From: Hylemonella gracilis
GTDB taxonomy: Bacteria; Pseudomonadota; Gammaproteobacteria; Burkholderiales; Burkholderiaceae_C
Length of the DNA: 64,000 nucleotides
Assembly (NCBI GenBank): GCA_945862005.1
Contig: CAMAWQ010000001.1
Span: 3,160-67,159, forward strand
Direction of reading: 5' to 3'
Under the pieces are notes generated by a model, which did no database searches, was not told the origin of the DNA, and saw nothing but the letters and a program-made list of their open reading frames with translations. The translations under genes and the position numbers were made by a program. Positions 20,425 to 31,194 of the stretch are shown in pieces; the stretch's first letter is position 1, and each line of letters begins with the position of its first letter.

Positions 20425-22299
20425 ATGAACCCATCGTCATCCGCCGTGGCGGGCTTGAACGCCCCCAGCTTTGTTCAACATCCCCGTTTGCTGTCTTGGG
20501 TAGCCGATATGGTGGCCCTGTGTAAACCTGAGCGCGTGTATTGGTGCGACGGCTCTGAGGACGAGTACAAGCGCCTGTGCGAGCAGTTGGTGCAGGCGGG
20601 CATTTTCATCAAGCTCAACGCCACCAAGCGACCTGAAAGCTATTTAGCACGCTCCGACCCCAGCGACGTGGCCCGCGTAGAAGACCGCACCTTTATCTGT
20701 TCGGCCAACAAGGACGACGCAGGCCCCACCAACAACTGGATTGACCCCAAAGATATGCGCGCGCTCATGCAGCATGGTCAACCCAACGGCAAGCCTGCGC
20801 TGTTTGACGGCTGCATGAAGGGCCGCACCATGTACGTGGTGCCTTTTTCCATGGGGCCGCTGGGCAGCCACATTGCGCATATTGGCATTGAGTTGTCTGA
20901 CAGTGCCTATGTGGCCGTCAACATGAAGCTCATGACCCGCATGGGCAAAGCGGTTTACGACGTACTGGGTACTGATGGCGATTTTGTGCCTTGCATGCAC
21001 ACCGTGGGCGCGCCCCTGCAACCCGGCGAAAAAGACTCCATTTGGCCTTGCAACCAAACCAAATACATCGTGCATTACCCCGAAACCCGGGAAATCTGGA
21101 GCTACGGCTCCGGTTACGGTGGTAACGCCTTGCTAGGTAAAAAGTGTTTTGCCTTGCGCATTGCCTCCAACATGGGCAGAGACGAAGAGTGGCTGGCCGA
21201 GCACATGCTGATATTGGGCGTGACCAACCCTGCGGGTAAAAAGTACCACGTGGCTGCGGCTTTCCCCAGTGCCTGCGGCAAGACCAACTTCGCCATGCTG
21301 GTGCCGCCTGCCGGTTTTGACGGCTGGAAAATCACCACCATTGGTGACGACATTGCCTGGATCAAGCCCGGCAAAGACGGTCGTATGTACGCCATCAACC
21401 CTGAAGCCGGGTACTTTGGTGTGGCGCCGGGCACCAATTCCCTCACCAACCCCAATTGCATGGCCAGCTTGAAACGTGAGGTGATTTACACCAACGTGGC
21501 CCTGACCGACGACGGTGACGTGTGGTGGGAGGGCATGGGCCCCGCACCGGCGCACGCCATCGACTGGCAAGGCAAAGATTGGACGCCTGAAATAGCCAAG
21601 CAGAGCGGCGCTAAGGCCGCCCACCCCAATGCGCGGTTTACAGTTTCGGCCATCCACAACCCCGCCTTGGACCCCGCATGGGACGACCCGGCAGGCGTGC
21701 CTATTGATGCGTTTATTTTTGGTGGCCGCCGCTCTGACACCGTGCCGCTGGTTACCCATGCCCGCAACTGGGTGGAGGGCGTGTACATGGCCGCGACCAT
21801 GGGCTCTGAAACCACCGCCGCCATCATTGGCCAACAAGGGGTGGTGCGCCGCGATCCCTTTGCCATGTTGCCCTTTACCGGCTACCACATGGGCGACTAC
21901 TTCCAGCACTGGTTGCATTTGGGCGAAAAAATGGCCGCTACCGGCGCCAAGCTGCCAGGCATTTTCACGACCAACTGGTTCCGCAAGGGCGCCAACGGAG
22001 AGTTTGTGTGGCCAGGCTACGGCGAAAACATGCGCGTGCTCAAGTGGATCATTGACCGCGTTGAAAACACCACGCCCGGGCAAGAACACTTCTATGGCAT
22101 CAGCCCTGACTTTAATGAGCTGCAATGGACGGGCCTGAACTTCACGGCCGAGCAATTTGAAGTGGTCACCGGCATGGACAAAGCGGCTTGGACGGAAGAG
22201 CTGGCCTTGCACGACGCGCTGTTTGAGCAGTTGAACCTGCGCCTGCCTCAGGTCTTGCTGGACACCCGCAAACAAATGGCAGAAAAGTTGGCTGCTTAA
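20425..22299 (+). CDS. pckG: Phosphoenolpyruvate carboxykinase (GTP)
   Basis: [37 protein letters not shown] and AHPNARF. ATG follows AGGAG. Confidence 0.96.
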   Translation: MNPSSSAVAGLNAPSFVQHPRLLSWVADMVALCKPERVYWCDGSEDEYKRLCEQLVQAGIFIKLNATKRPESYLARSDPSDVARVEDRTFICSANKDDAGPTNNWIDPKDMRALMQHGQPNGKPALFDGCMKGRTMYVVPFSMGPLGSHIAHIGIELSDSAYVAVNMKLMTRMGKAVYDVLGTDGDFVPCMHTVGAPLQPGEKDSIWPCNQTKYIVHYPETREIWSYGSGYGGNALLGKKCFALRIASNMGRDEEWLAEHMLILGVTNPAGKKYHVAAAFPSACGKTNFAMLVPPAGFDGWKITTIGDDIAWIKPGKDGRMYAINPEAGYFGVAPGTNSLTNPNCMASLKREVIYTNVALTDDGDVWWEGMGPAPAHAIDWQGKDWTPEIAKQSGAKAAHPNARFTVSAIHNPALDPAWDDPAGVPIDAFIFGGRRSDTVPLVTHARNWVEGVYMAATMGSETTAAIIGQQGVVRRDPFAMLPFTGYHMGDYFQHWLHLGEKMAATGAKLPGIFTTNWFRKGANGEFVWPGYGENMRVLKWIIDRVENTTPGQEHFYGISPDFNELQWTGLNFTAEQFEVVTGMDKAAWTEELALHDALFEQLNLRLPQVLLDTRKQMAEKLAA

Positions 22300-22346
22300 A
22301 TTAAAGCGTCTGCTGAGGCTGCGGCCAAATCTTCTGAAGCACCAAG

Positions 22347-22376
22347 ACAAAAGGCCACCCTAGGGTGGCCTTTTGT
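22347..22376. terminator. Bidirectional terminator
   Basis: Perfect palindrome ACAAAAGGCCACCCTAGGGTGGCCTTTTGT between convergent genes. Confidence 0.85.
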
Positions 22377-22393
22377 TTGGCAAAGGTCTTAAC

Positions 22394-22810
22394 TTAGTCC
22401 TGACGCGACACGGCCAACTGCAGCTCCGACATGACGCGTGCGTCTTGCTGGGCCAGTTGCATCAACCTTGCGTCGGCACGGCGTTGAGCGGCTTGCTGCA
22501 CACGGTTTGTGAAGCCGCCCATCAAACGCAGAGCCATGCCGCGGGCAGGAGCCGCCAACAAGGCCACCGCCGCAAAGCCCACCACCCACAACACCACCCA
22601 AGCGGCCAGCAGGTCGCCATCGGCCCAGCTGTCAATCAGCTGGTCAGCCACCACGATCAAGGCCGACACCATGGCCGCAAACAGCATGGTGGACACGCTG
22701 CGTGTGCTGTCTAGACCACGCACAAGGCCTGAAATGTGGGAGATGCCCCGCTCAAAACGCTCTACACCTGCGTGACGTGGGCTGTAACCGGGTTGTACGA
22801 ATGAGTTCAT
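22394..22810 (-). CDS. Hypothetical membrane protein (two TM helices)
   Basis: GGAG RBS, two hydrophobic helices then a helical tail (RADARLMQLAQQDARVMSEL). Divergent from the LysR gene. Confidence 0.7.
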   Translation of the reverse strand: MNSFVQPGYSPRHAGVERFERGISHISGLVRGLDSTRSVSTMLFAAMVSALIVVADQLIDSWADGDLLAAWVVLWVVGFAAVALLAAPARGMALRLMGGFTNRVQQAAQRRADARLMQLAQQDARVMSELQLAVSRQD

Positions 22811-22877
22811 AAGATGCTCCAAAAGTGAATCGATGGAGTGATATTAGGGTTTATCCTTATATTTAGCAAATTTATTG

Positions 22878-22890
22878 TTGTGATGCACAA
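22878..22890. promoter_or_regulatory. Candidate LysR T-N11-A operator
   Basis: TTGTG-ATG-CACAA dyad in the AT-rich divergent promoter region. Confidence 0.45.
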
Positions 22891-22919
22891 TATTCACATT
22901 AATGATGTTAAAGCGCCGC

Positions 22920-23894
22920 ATGAACTTTAAAAACTTGGACCTGAACCTGCTGCGGGTGTTCAACGAAGTCATGACCGAGCGCCATTTGACACGTGCTGCA
23001 ACGAAGCTTTCACTCACCCAGCCGGCCGTCAGCAATGCCTTGCGGCGTCTGCGCGACAGCTTGGGGGACGACTTGCTGCGCCGCAGCGGGTCGGGGCTGG
23101 TGCCTACCCCTATGGCTTTGGCTTTGTGGCCCAAAGTACAGGCCGCGTTGGAGCAGCTCAACGAAGCCTTGTCGCCCAGCGCCTTTGATCCCGCTAGCTC
23201 CACCGCCACTTTTGTGCTGTCCATGGCCGACGCCACCGCCGCGGAACTGATTCCAGGCTTGATTGGGTTGATCGACCGAGAAGCCCCGGGCGTGAGCATT
23301 CGGGTGGTGCCGCTGACCACCCGCGACCCGCGCAAGTTGCTGGAGTCTGAAGGGGCCGACATGGCCATTGGGTTTTTTCCGTCGGTGCTGGCAGGCATGA
23401 CGGCGCAGGCTCAAGCGGGCGAGGTGGCGGCCTTTCACCACCAGCGGCTCTACAACAGCTCCTATGTGTGTGTAATGCGCCACGACCACCCCTTGGCTCA
23501 GTCGGAGCTCACCCTAGACCGCTTTTGCGCGGCCCGCCATCTGCTGGTGAGCTTTTCGGGTCGGCCATTTGGCTTTATTGATGAGGCATTGACCAGCTTG
23601 GGACGCAGCCGCCACATTGTCCTCACCGTGAACCAGTTTTTCACCGCAGGCAGGGTGGTGGCCAACTCCAATTTACTCACCGTGTTGCCGCGGCACTTTG
23701 TGAGCGTGACCGGGATTGCCGACCAACTGGTGTTGCGCGAGTTGCCCTTCAAAGTGCCGGATGTCCATGTGGACGCCCTGTGGCACCGCCGCGTGCACAC
23801 CCAACACCCCCACCTGTGGCTGCGTGAGCATTTGGTCAACCTGCGGCCCAAAGCCGCAGGGCACACGATGCTCCAACCCGTCGACGGCTCATGA
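22920..23894 (+). CDS. LysR-family transcriptional regulator
   Basis: LDLNLLRVF...LTRAATKLSLTQPAVSNALRRLR HTH followed by a substrate-binding domain. Confidence 0.93.
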   Translation: MNFKNLDLNLLRVFNEVMTERHLTRAATKLSLTQPAVSNALRRLRDSLGDDLLRRSGSGLVPTPMALALWPKVQAALEQLNEALSPSAFDPASSTATFVLSMADATAAELIPGLIGLIDREAPGVSIRVVPLTTRDPRKLLESEGADMAIGFFPSVLAGMTAQAQAGEVAAFHHQRLYNSSYVCVMRHDHPLAQSELTLDRFCAARHLLVSFSGRPFGFIDEALTSLGRSRHIVLTVNQFFTAGRVVANSNLLTVLPRHFVSVTGIADQLVLRELPFKVPDVHVDALWHRRVHTQHPHLWLREHLVNLRPKAAGHTMLQPVDGS

Positions 23895-24724
23895 AATTAC
23901 AACTGCTCTCTGACCTGCACCTGGAGTCGCACCCGCACTTTGCCCCGACGCCCGCCCCCGGGGCAGACCTGCTGGTGTTGGCGGGCGACATTGGGTCGTA
24001 TCAGCAAGGCTCCATGCTGAGCGAGGCCGATTTTGGTTTGCAACGGTTTTCGCCCCTGCAGGGCTGGCCCACGCCCGTGCTGTTTGTGCCGGGCAACCAT
24101 GAATACGATGGCTTGGATTTTGACGAGGCACACCGCCGCCTTCAGGCCACCTGCACGCAACTGGGCATTTGTTTTTTAGAGCAGTCCAGTATCACTGCAC
24201 AAGAACTGTTGGGCGCCAAGTTGTCACGTGAAGCGCTGGGGCACAACATCCGCTTTGTCGGCACCACGCTTTGGACCGACTTTGATGCGCTGAACCCCAA
24301 GCATGACCCCGCGCTCAGGCACAAGGCCTTTCGGGCTGCCAACTACCACCTCCGCAAAACCGCCGCCACACGCGGGGGCGAGCCGTTTCTGGCTGAACTC
24401 ATGCGAGACCAAGCCCTCAGCAGCCAAGCTTGGTTGCGCCAAGCATTGTCAGAACCGTTTGAGGGCACCACGGTGGTCATCACCCACTACGCGCCCTCGC
24501 TGTTGAGCATGGACCCGCGCTACGGCTTGGTGCCGGGCACAGCTGGCTTTTGTAATGCCTTGGACGACCTGTTTCCACAGGCTGCCCTGTGGCTACACGG
24601 CCATTTGCACTGCCCACACGACTATGTGCAAGCGGGCTGCCGCGTAGTCAGCAACCCCATGGGCTACGCCCGCAAACAAGAGCAAGACCGATTCAACCCC
24701 ACGCTGTGCATCGAAGTGGCCTAA
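23891..24724 (+). CDS. Metallophosphoesterase (calcineurin-like)
   Basis: SDLHLE, LAGDI, PGNHEY, THY and WLHGHLH motifs. ATGA overlap with the LysR gene. Confidence 0.9.
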   Translation: MKLQLLSDLHLESHPHFAPTPAPGADLLVLAGDIGSYQQGSMLSEADFGLQRFSPLQGWPTPVLFVPGNHEYDGLDFDEAHRRLQATCTQLGICFLEQSSITAQELLGAKLSREALGHNIRFVGTTLWTDFDALNPKHDPALRHKAFRAANYHLRKTAATRGGEPFLAELMRDQALSSQAWLRQALSEPFEGTTVVITHYAPSLLSMDPRYGLVPGTAGFCNALDDLFPQAALWLHGHLHCPHDYVQAGCRVVSNPMGYARKQEQDRFNPTLCIEVA

Positions 24725-24726
24725 GG

Positions 24727-24740
24727 TTGACTTAAGTCAA
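24727..24740. promoter_or_regulatory. FNR/CRP-family-like box upstream of the usp gene
   Basis: Perfect palindrome TTGAC-TTAA-GTCAA versus FNR consensus TTGAT-N4-ATCAA. Confidence 0.55.
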
Positions 24741-24794
24741 GACGCTTGCGCGCTCCTGCGCCCACACTGGGGCCATACATTTAAAGGAGCCTCT

Positions 24795-25217
24795 ATGAAC
24801 ATTCTTTTAGCCGTGGACGGCAGCGACTACACCAAGCGCATGTTGGCCTACTTGACCACACACGACGACCTGTTTACCCCCCAGCAACAATTCACCTTGT
24901 TCACCGCCCAGCCCTTGATTCCGCTTCGGGCGCGCGCGGCTTTGGGCAAAGAGGTGGTGGCCCAATACCACCGTGAGGAGGCCGAAAAAATTCTGGCGCC
25001 CGCATCCAAGTTTCTGGTGCGCCACGGTATGGACCCCAAAAGCGACTGGAAAGCTGGACACGCCGGTGAGACCATCGCCAAATTTGCACAGACGGGCAAA
25101 TTTGACCTGGTGATCATGGGCTCCCATGGCCACGGTGCCTTAGGCAATTTGGTTATGGGGTCTGTGGCCACCCAAGTGTTGGCCAACTGCACCGTGCCGG
25201 TTTTGCTCGTTCGCTAG
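24795..25217 (+). CDS. Universal stress protein (UspA family)
   Basis: ILLAVDGS and DLVIMGSHGHG...GSVA...VPVLLVR. Strong RBS AAAGGAG. Confidence 0.93.
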   Translation: MNILLAVDGSDYTKRMLAYLTTHDDLFTPQQQFTLFTAQPLIPLRARAALGKEVVAQYHREEAEKILAPASKFLVRHGMDPKSDWKAGHAGETIAKFAQTGKFDLVIMGSHGHGALGNLVMGSVATQVLANCTVPVLLVR

Positions 25218-26212
25218 TAGGGCGGCAGCTTGCCCGCAAGGCGCAGGCGCTCAATGGTGGCCTTTTCATGCTGCAGGGTACGGCTGGCGTACTGCGTGTA
25301 GTCGGCAGTGTTCATGTACATCACGGGTTGGTAGAACTTGTCTAAGGTGTCGAGCACCTTCGGGTCTTCCAGCGTTTTTTTAAAGGCATCGTGCAGCACC
25401 CTCACCACCTCAGGGTCCATCTGTTTGGGCCCGCCTATGCCAAAGGGCGATTCGGTCACGGTGTCCCAACCGCTTTCCTTCACGGTGGGCACGTCAGGAA
25501 ACGCCTTGTTTCGCTCCCGCCCCAAGGTGGCCAGCAAGCGCAACTTGCCCAAACGCACATGCGGCGCAAATTCGGTGGTGCCGCTCATGAGGGCAATATG
25601 GCCGCCCAATATGGCCTGCAAGATGTCGGCCGTGCCCTTGTAAGGAATGTCTTGCAGCACGATGCCAGCCTTCAACGCAAACTCTTCTATGGCCAGGTGC
25701 GGCGTGGTGCCCGTGCCGGTGTGCCCATAAGCCACCTGACCCGGATGCGCTTTGGCGTAGGCCACCAGTTCTTTTAAGGTTTTAAAGGGTGCGTCCAAGG
25801 TGGCCGCCAAACCAAAGGTGTAGCCGGTCAGGCCCACAACATGGGTGAGGTCTTTGACTGGGTCGAACGGCATTTTTTGCATGTGAGGCAGTCGGTACAC
25901 CCCAAGCGGCAACTGGGTCAAGGTGTAGCCGTCGGGCTTGGCATGCAGCATGGCGCTGGCGCCCAGCGTGCCGCCCACGCCGGGTTTGTTGTCCACCACC
26001 ATAGGCACCCCCAAAGCACGCGAGGCGCTTTCTGCAAAGGCGCGCATCACCGCATCACTGCCGCCGCCCACTGGCCAAGGAACGATCAAGGTGATAGGGC
26101 GGGACGGGAATGAGCTTAGGGTCACGCCCAAAGCCGTTCCAAGCGCGCCCGTTAACGTGGCACCAAGACCGCACTGCACCAGCTGCCGACGGTTAAGTGG
26201 GTTAGTCGTCAT
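25214..26212 (-). CDS. Bug/TctC tripartite tricarboxylate transporter substrate-binding protein
   Basis: FPSRPITLIVPW, VDNKPGVGG, PDGYTL and PYKG. Tat-like NRRQLV signal. Confidence 0.9.
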   Translation of the reverse strand: MTTNPLNRRQLVQCGLGATLTGALGTALGVTLSSFPSRPITLIVPWPVGGGSDAVMRAFAESASRALGVPMVVDNKPGVGGTLGASAMLHAKPDGYTLTQLPLGVYRLPHMQKMPFDPVKDLTHVVGLTGYTFGLAATLDAPFKTLKELVAYAKAHPGQVAYGHTGTGTTPHLAIEEFALKAGIVLQDIPYKGTADILQAILGGHIALMSGTTEFAPHVRLGKLRLLATLGRERNKAFPDVPTVKESGWDTVTESPFGIGGPKQMDPEVVRVLHDAFKKTLEDPKVLDTLDKFYQPVMYMNTADYTQYASRTLQHEKATIERLRLAGKLPPY

Positions 26213-26357
26213 GGGGAAAAGAATGGTGCGTGATGAGGCAGCTAGGTAGTTCACCTAGTGTTGCACAGCCTTAAACCACCACAGACTACTTGGGGGTTGT
26301 TTACGTCTTACCCGTTTTACCCACTTCAACCGCTTACCTATCAAGTCGAGTCACACC

Positions 26358-27374
26358 ATGTTTTCATTTACTTTTTTGACGTTGCGCCGTTTCGGCATGG
26401 TTTTCAGCACCGGTTTCGGCCGCTCTTTTGTCGCCACTTCGCTGCTGCTGGGTTTGAGCTGCGGCGCTTGGGCACAGGCTTACCCCAACAAGCCGATTCG
26501 CATTGTGGTGCCGGCTGGGCCGGGCGACAGCTGCGACATCTTGACGCGCCTGATAGCACCCAAGCTCACGGAGCGTTTGGGGCAAGCCATTGTGATTGAC
26601 AACCGCGCGGGCTCCGCCGGCCAACTGGGCTTAACACTCATCAAGCAAGCACCTGCTGACGGCTACACGCTGGGTTGCGGCCAGGGCGGCAACATGGTCA
26701 TTGTGCCGCTGGCCTATGCCAAGGTGGCCTACGACTCGCGCAAGGACTTCACGCCCGTGGCCATGATGGCGTCTAACTTTTTAGGCCTGGTGGTCAACCC
26801 CAAAACGCCTTTTAAAAACGTGAAGGAGCTCATCGATTACGGCAAAGCCAACCCTGGCAAACTGACCTTTGGCACCAACGGAGAGGGCGCGTTTTTACAC
26901 TTTGCCAGCGAGCAGTTCCGCATGATGTCGGGGTTTGAATTTATGCACGTGCCCTACCGCGACATGAACGCCGTATTCACGCAAATGCTGGGCGGTGATA
27001 TTTCGGCGTCCTTGGGTTCGTTTATTTCGGTGCAGCCTTTGGCCGACTCCGGCAAGTTGCGCTTGCTGGCCATTGCACGGGCCACGCGTCACCCCGATTA
27101 CCCCAACATTCCCACCATTGCTGAGACGGTGCCCGGTTTTACCTCTGGCGGTTGGTTTGGCATCATCGCGCCCGCTGGCGTGCCGCGTGAGATTGTGAAC
27201 ACGCTCAATAAAGAAGTGAACTGGGCGCTGCAGCAACCCGACGTGCGCGACCGCATGAAAAAACTCGGGCTCGATATTCACACTGAAAGTCCCGAGTTTT
27301 TCACCGACCTGATGAACAAAGACTTTGAGAACTGGGGCAAAGTGGTCAAAGACATGGCCTTTAAGCCCCTGTAA
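26358..27374 (+). CDS. Bug/TctC substrate-binding protein
   Basis: YPNKPIRIVVP, DNRAG, PADGYTL, HVPYR and GWFGIIAPAG. Start could be ATG 26397. Confidence 0.9.
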   Translation: MFSFTFLTLRRFGMVFSTGFGRSFVATSLLLGLSCGAWAQAYPNKPIRIVVPAGPGDSCDILTRLIAPKLTERLGQAIVIDNRAGSAGQLGLTLIKQAPADGYTLGCGQGGNMVIVPLAYAKVAYDSRKDFTPVAMMASNFLGLVVNPKTPFKNVKELIDYGKANPGKLTFGTNGEGAFLHFASEQFRMMSGFEFMHVPYRDMNAVFTQMLGGDISASLGSFISVQPLADSGKLRLLAIARATRHPDYPNIPTIAETVPGFTSGGWFGIIAPAGVPREIVNTLNKEVNWALQQPDVRDRMKKLGLDIHTESPEFFTDLMNKDFENWGKVVKDMAFKPL

Positions 27375-27427
27375 ATCTCTCAGGGGCTCTAAAGTTATCT
27401 AGGGGTCCCAAGGTTCTCTAGGCGCAT

Positions 27428-28270
27428 TCAGGCGGGCGCGTGCCGTGTCATGAACTCGGCAAATTTGTTGGCCAATGCGGGGAAGTGCTCTTTCCAGTCC
27501 GGAAACGGGATCAAGTCCACGTCTTGGTCTTGAATGGGCAGGTTGAACAACTCACTGCCTTCAATCAGGCGGTGCGCGGCCAAGCCGTTAAATGACGCGT
27601 GGGTTTTATCGTTACCTGGAACCACCAACACGGGCAATTTGTAGGTGCGCAATTCGTCTTCAGGAATACCCATGACTGGCTCAATAGGACCGCTGGTAAA
27701 GGCATCGAGCCAACGGTTCATCACGGAAATGTATTCCTTGGGGTCCATGGCCATCAAGCGCTCACGGCTGGAAGGGTTGAGTGCAAGCCGCTCCACATAA
27801 GGCGCGGTTTGGCACACGGCGGCCATGCCGCCTTCAAGAGCGGCCTTGATGAACTGACCGTAGTAGGTGTTGGGCAAACGGCCTGCGGCAAATTGACCCC
27901 CAGTGATGCGCATGAGCAGCAAGCCCTGCACCACCTCGGGGTGACGGCGCTTGACCGTCATAGACAAACGGGCCCCCGCTGAGGATCCGCCAAAAAACGC
28001 GGGGCCTTGGTGGTAATGCCGCAAAAGGGCAACCAAGTCGTCGGCCCAAATGTCTTCTTCTGTGCCTTCGCCGCCAATCACAATGTCGGAGGCGCCGGTG
28101 TTGCGGCGGTCGTGCACCAGCACCCTAAAGCCTTTGGCCGCGACTTGCTTGCCCAGCTCGGCCATTTCCAAATAGCGGTGGCGCCCGCCGGAGTTCAAAG
28201 ACAACCAAGGACCATGGTCTCCGTAAACCTCGTGAAGTAGGTTGGCGCCTCGAATGTTGGTGTAGGGCAT
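27428..28270 (-). CDS. Alpha/beta hydrolase
   Basis: DRRNTGAS, nucleophile elbow GSSAG, PVLVVPGNDKTH. Confidence 0.85.
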   Translation of the reverse strand: MPYTNIRGANLLHEVYGDHGPWLSLNSGGRHRYLEMAELGKQVAAKGFRVLVHDRRNTGASDIVIGGEGTEEDIWADDLVALLRHYHQGPAFFGGSSAGARLSMTVKRRHPEVVQGLLLMRITGGQFAAGRLPNTYYGQFIKAALEGGMAAVCQTAPYVERLALNPSSRERLMAMDPKEYISVMNRWLDAFTSGPIEPVMGIPEDELRTYKLPVLVVPGNDKTHASFNGLAAHRLIEGSELFNLPIQDQDVDLIPFPDWKEHFPALANKFAEFMTRHAPA

Positions 28271-28282
28271 GTGTTTCCTTTG

Positions 28283-29278
28283 TTATTCAATTTTGATGTT
28301 GGCATCTTTAATCAAGCGGCCCCACTTTGCCATTTCGGCACGAATGAAGGCCGCAAACTCTTGAGGCGACTCGCCCCCCAATTCAGAGCCCACGCTGGCC
28401 GCTTGCGCCTTATAGGCGGGTGATTGAAGCACCTTGGCCACGTCAGCCTGAATGCGATTGATGATACTGACCGGCGTGCCCGCAGGCACAAACAAGCCGT
28501 TCCAGCCCGAGGCCTCCACGCCGCTTAAGCCGGCTTCGGCCATGGTGGGCACCTCAGAAATAATGGCCACGCGCTTAGAGCCCGCCATGCCCAAAGCCCT
28601 CAATTTGCCCAGCTTGATGTGCTGCGCCACCACCACCGGTGCCAAGTACGCCACCATCACATGGCCTGCCAACAGGTCGGGCAGTTCCGCCCCAATGGCT
28701 TTGTAGGGCACATCCCGCAGCTTGATGCCGGCGGTGTAGTTCATCATTTCGCCGAGTAAATGGGTGATGGAGCCGTTGCCCCCAGAAGCCTGGGTGATGC
28801 GGTCAGGCTGGCTTTTGGCCAAAGCCAAAAATTCCTTAAGGTTGTTGGCAGGCACCGATGGGTGCACCACCATCACCAGCGGCGTGGCCGTCATGCGGGT
28901 CACGGGCAACAGAGCCTCGCCCAGCTTGCAACAGGGGTTGGGAGAGAGCAGGTCGTTGATCGCGTTGTTGACGTTGCCGTGCAGAAGGGTGTGCCCGTCT
29001 GCCGGTGCTCGCGCCACTTCGCGCGCACCTATGGCGCTGTTGGCGCCGGGCTTGTTGTCCACCACCACCTGCTGGCCTAAAAGCTCGGTAAGGCCCGGCA
29101 CCAGGTCGCGCACCACAGTGTCTACGGCGCTGCCCGGACCTGCGGGCACCACAATGCGCACGGGTTTGGTCGGAAAGGTTTGGGCTTGGAGTGGCGCAGC
29201 CCCAAAGCCCAGCAGGCAGAGCGCGGCGCCCAGGCAAGCAAAGGCTACGAATGGTTGGAGAGCTTGAAGTTTTTTCAT
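28283..29278 (-). CDS. Bug/TctC substrate-binding protein
   Basis: FPTKPVRIVVP, VDNKPGA, PADGHTL, VPYK and W...IKDANIKIE. Confidence 0.9.
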   Translation of the reverse strand: MKKLQALQPFVAFACLGAALCLLGFGAAPLQAQTFPTKPVRIVVPAGPGSAVDTVVRDLVPGLTELLGQQVVVDNKPGANSAIGAREVARAPADGHTLLHGNVNNAINDLLSPNPCCKLGEALLPVTRMTATPLVMVVHPSVPANNLKEFLALAKSQPDRITQASGGNGSITHLLGEMMNYTAGIKLRDVPYKAIGAELPDLLAGHVMVAYLAPVVVAQHIKLGKLRALGMAGSKRVAIISEVPTMAEAGLSGVEASGWNGLFVPAGTPVSIINRIQADVAKVLQSPAYKAQAASVGSELGGESPQEFAAFIRAEMAKWGRLIKDANIKIE

Positions 29279-29496
29279 GTGGGTTGGTTTGAAAAGATGG
29301 GAAAAAAGTGAGCGATGTTGGTTAGTGATCGCTGTTTCAACAAGCTAACTGAAATGATTACACTGCGCAATCGAGCGTTACCCCGTGTCTTTCCCCCGTG
29401 ATTTCACCTAAATACGGCTTAAGGAATTTCGCCTAGATTCTTTGATTGCTTTGTCTGTGATTTGTCTTTGTTTGTTTAGTTATTTCAGGAACTCTT

Positions 29497-30594
29497 ATGC
29501 GCCTTGGCTATTTCACCATGCCGGTCCACCCGGCCACCCGCAGCCCCACCGACACCTTGCGCGAAGACCGCGAGATCATCATCTTGGCCGACGAGCTGGG
29601 CTACCACGACGCCTTTGTGGGCGAGCACTTGACCGACCTGATTGAAAACGTCACCAGCAGCATGGTGTTTCAGGCCAGCCTGATTTATTCCACCAAGCAA
29701 ATTCGTCTGGGCACTGGCACCACCAACTTGTCGCATTTGCATCCGGTGCTGGTGGCTTGCCATGCGGCTATGTTTGACCACATGGCCCAAGGCCGCTTTA
29801 TTTTGGGCGTAAGCCCCGGCGCGCTGCCCTCTGATGCGGAAGCTCTGGGCATCTTCCATGAAGACCGCAACAAAATGTTTGCCGAGTCGATTGATGTGAT
29901 CTTGAAAATTTGGGAGTCCAACGCGCCGTTTGACATTGACTTTCCGGACAACCGCTTCAAGGTGTCCACCAAGCTCACCTACGACGACTTCACTAACACC
30001 GGCAAGATGTACAAGCCCTACCAAACCCCGCGCCCCGAAATTGTGGGCACGGTGGTGGCGCCCTTTTCTAAAGGCGTGATTGCCATGGGCGAGAAAGACT
30101 TTCACCCCATGTCGGCCAACTTTTTGTACGACAAGTGGCTGCCTTCGCACTGGAACAACTACTCACAGGGTAAGAGCAATGTGGGCAAAGTAGCCGACCG
30201 CGCGGATTGGCGCGTGGCGCGCACCATCATGGTCAACGACAACGACCGCGTGGCCAAAGACTATGGCCGCGAGTCTGAACAGAGCCCTTACCGTTTTTAC
30301 TACCGCAACCTGCACCACAAGTTGCGCAAGGGCAAGCGCGACGCGGTGTTCAGCATGGACGGCCAAACCCCTGAAAACCCGACCCCGCTGGAAGAAATTT
30401 TGGACAAGCTCGTCATTGCCGGCGGCGTAAACGAAGTGACCGAAAAAATCATCGAGCTGCATGAAACACTGGGTGGTTTTGGTGAGTTGGTCTATGCCGG
30501 CCTGGACTGGACCGACCCCCAACTGGCTCGTCGCTCCATGGTGCTCATGGCCGAAGAGGTCATGCCACGCGTGCGCAAAGCCATCGGGGCTTGA
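29497..30594 (+). CDS. Luciferase-like (LLM class) flavin-dependent monooxygenase
   Basis: ADELGY..AFVGEH, IRLGTG, DHMAQGRFILGV.PG, PYQTPRP and LMAEEVMP. Confidence 0.88.
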   Translation: MRLGYFTMPVHPATRSPTDTLREDREIIILADELGYHDAFVGEHLTDLIENVTSSMVFQASLIYSTKQIRLGTGTTNLSHLHPVLVACHAAMFDHMAQGRFILGVSPGALPSDAEALGIFHEDRNKMFAESIDVILKIWESNAPFDIDFPDNRFKVSTKLTYDDFTNTGKMYKPYQTPRPEIVGTVVAPFSKGVIAMGEKDFHPMSANFLYDKWLPSHWNNYSQGKSNVGKVADRADWRVARTIMVNDNDRVAKDYGRESEQSPYRFYYRNLHHKLRKGKRDAVFSMDGQTPENPTPLEEILDKLVIAGGVNEVTEKIIELHETLGGFGELVYAGLDWTDPQLARRSMVLMAEEVMPRVRKAIGA

Positions 30595-30603
30595 ACTTTC
30601 GCC

Positions 30604-31194
30604 ATGGCCTCCAGCTTCAATAACCCCCCCTTACCCGACCGCCTGCCGGAAATCCCGCCAGAGCGCATGAGTGCCGAGCAACGCCAGGTGATGGACGAGC
30701 TCACCAGCGGGCCACGCGGCAAAATTGGCGGGCCTTTCATCCCGCTGGTGCGCAGCCCTGAGCTCATGAGCCGCCTGCAAAAAGTGGGTGAGTACCTGCG
30801 CTATCACAACTCCGTGGGCCTGCGCAATTCAGAGTTTGCGGTGCTGGTGGTGGCGCGCCATTGGTCGCAACCCGTGGAGTGGGCCATTCACCGCCCGATT
30901 GCCGAGCGCGAGGGCGTTTTGCCCGCCACCATCGACGCGCTGGCCGAAGGCCGCCGCCCCACCACCATGTCGGACGACGAAGCCATCATTTACGACGTGC
31001 TCGATGAACTGCGCAACCACAAGAGCGTCAGCGACCCCACTTGGCATCGGGGCCTGAGCCGCTTTGGCGAGCAGGGCATGATCGACATGGTGGCGCACTA
31101 TGGCTATTACAGCCTCTTGGCCATGGTGATGAACGTCAGCCGCACCGCCCTTCCACCCGACAAGGTGGCCGAGCTACCGCGTATGCCTATTTAG
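30604..31194 (+). CDS. Carboxymuconolactone decarboxylase (AhpD-like) family protein
   Basis: GPRG..GGPF...RSPEL, EFAVLVVAR.W...EW..H and GYYSLLAM. Confidence 0.8.
   Translation: MASSFNNPPLPDRLPEIPPERMSAEQRQVMDELTSGPRGKIGGPFIPLVRSPELMSRLQKVGEYLRYHNSVGLRNSEFAVLVVARHWSQPVEWAIHRPIAEREGVLPATIDALAEGRRPTTMSDDEAIIYDVLDELRNHKSVSDPTWHRGLSRFGEQGMIDMVAHYGYYSLLAMVMNVSRTALPPDKVAELPRMPI

Noticed and set aside
21133-22350. 405-aa minus-strand ORF antisense to pckG
   Set aside because: Shadow ORF explained by codon bias of the sense gene.
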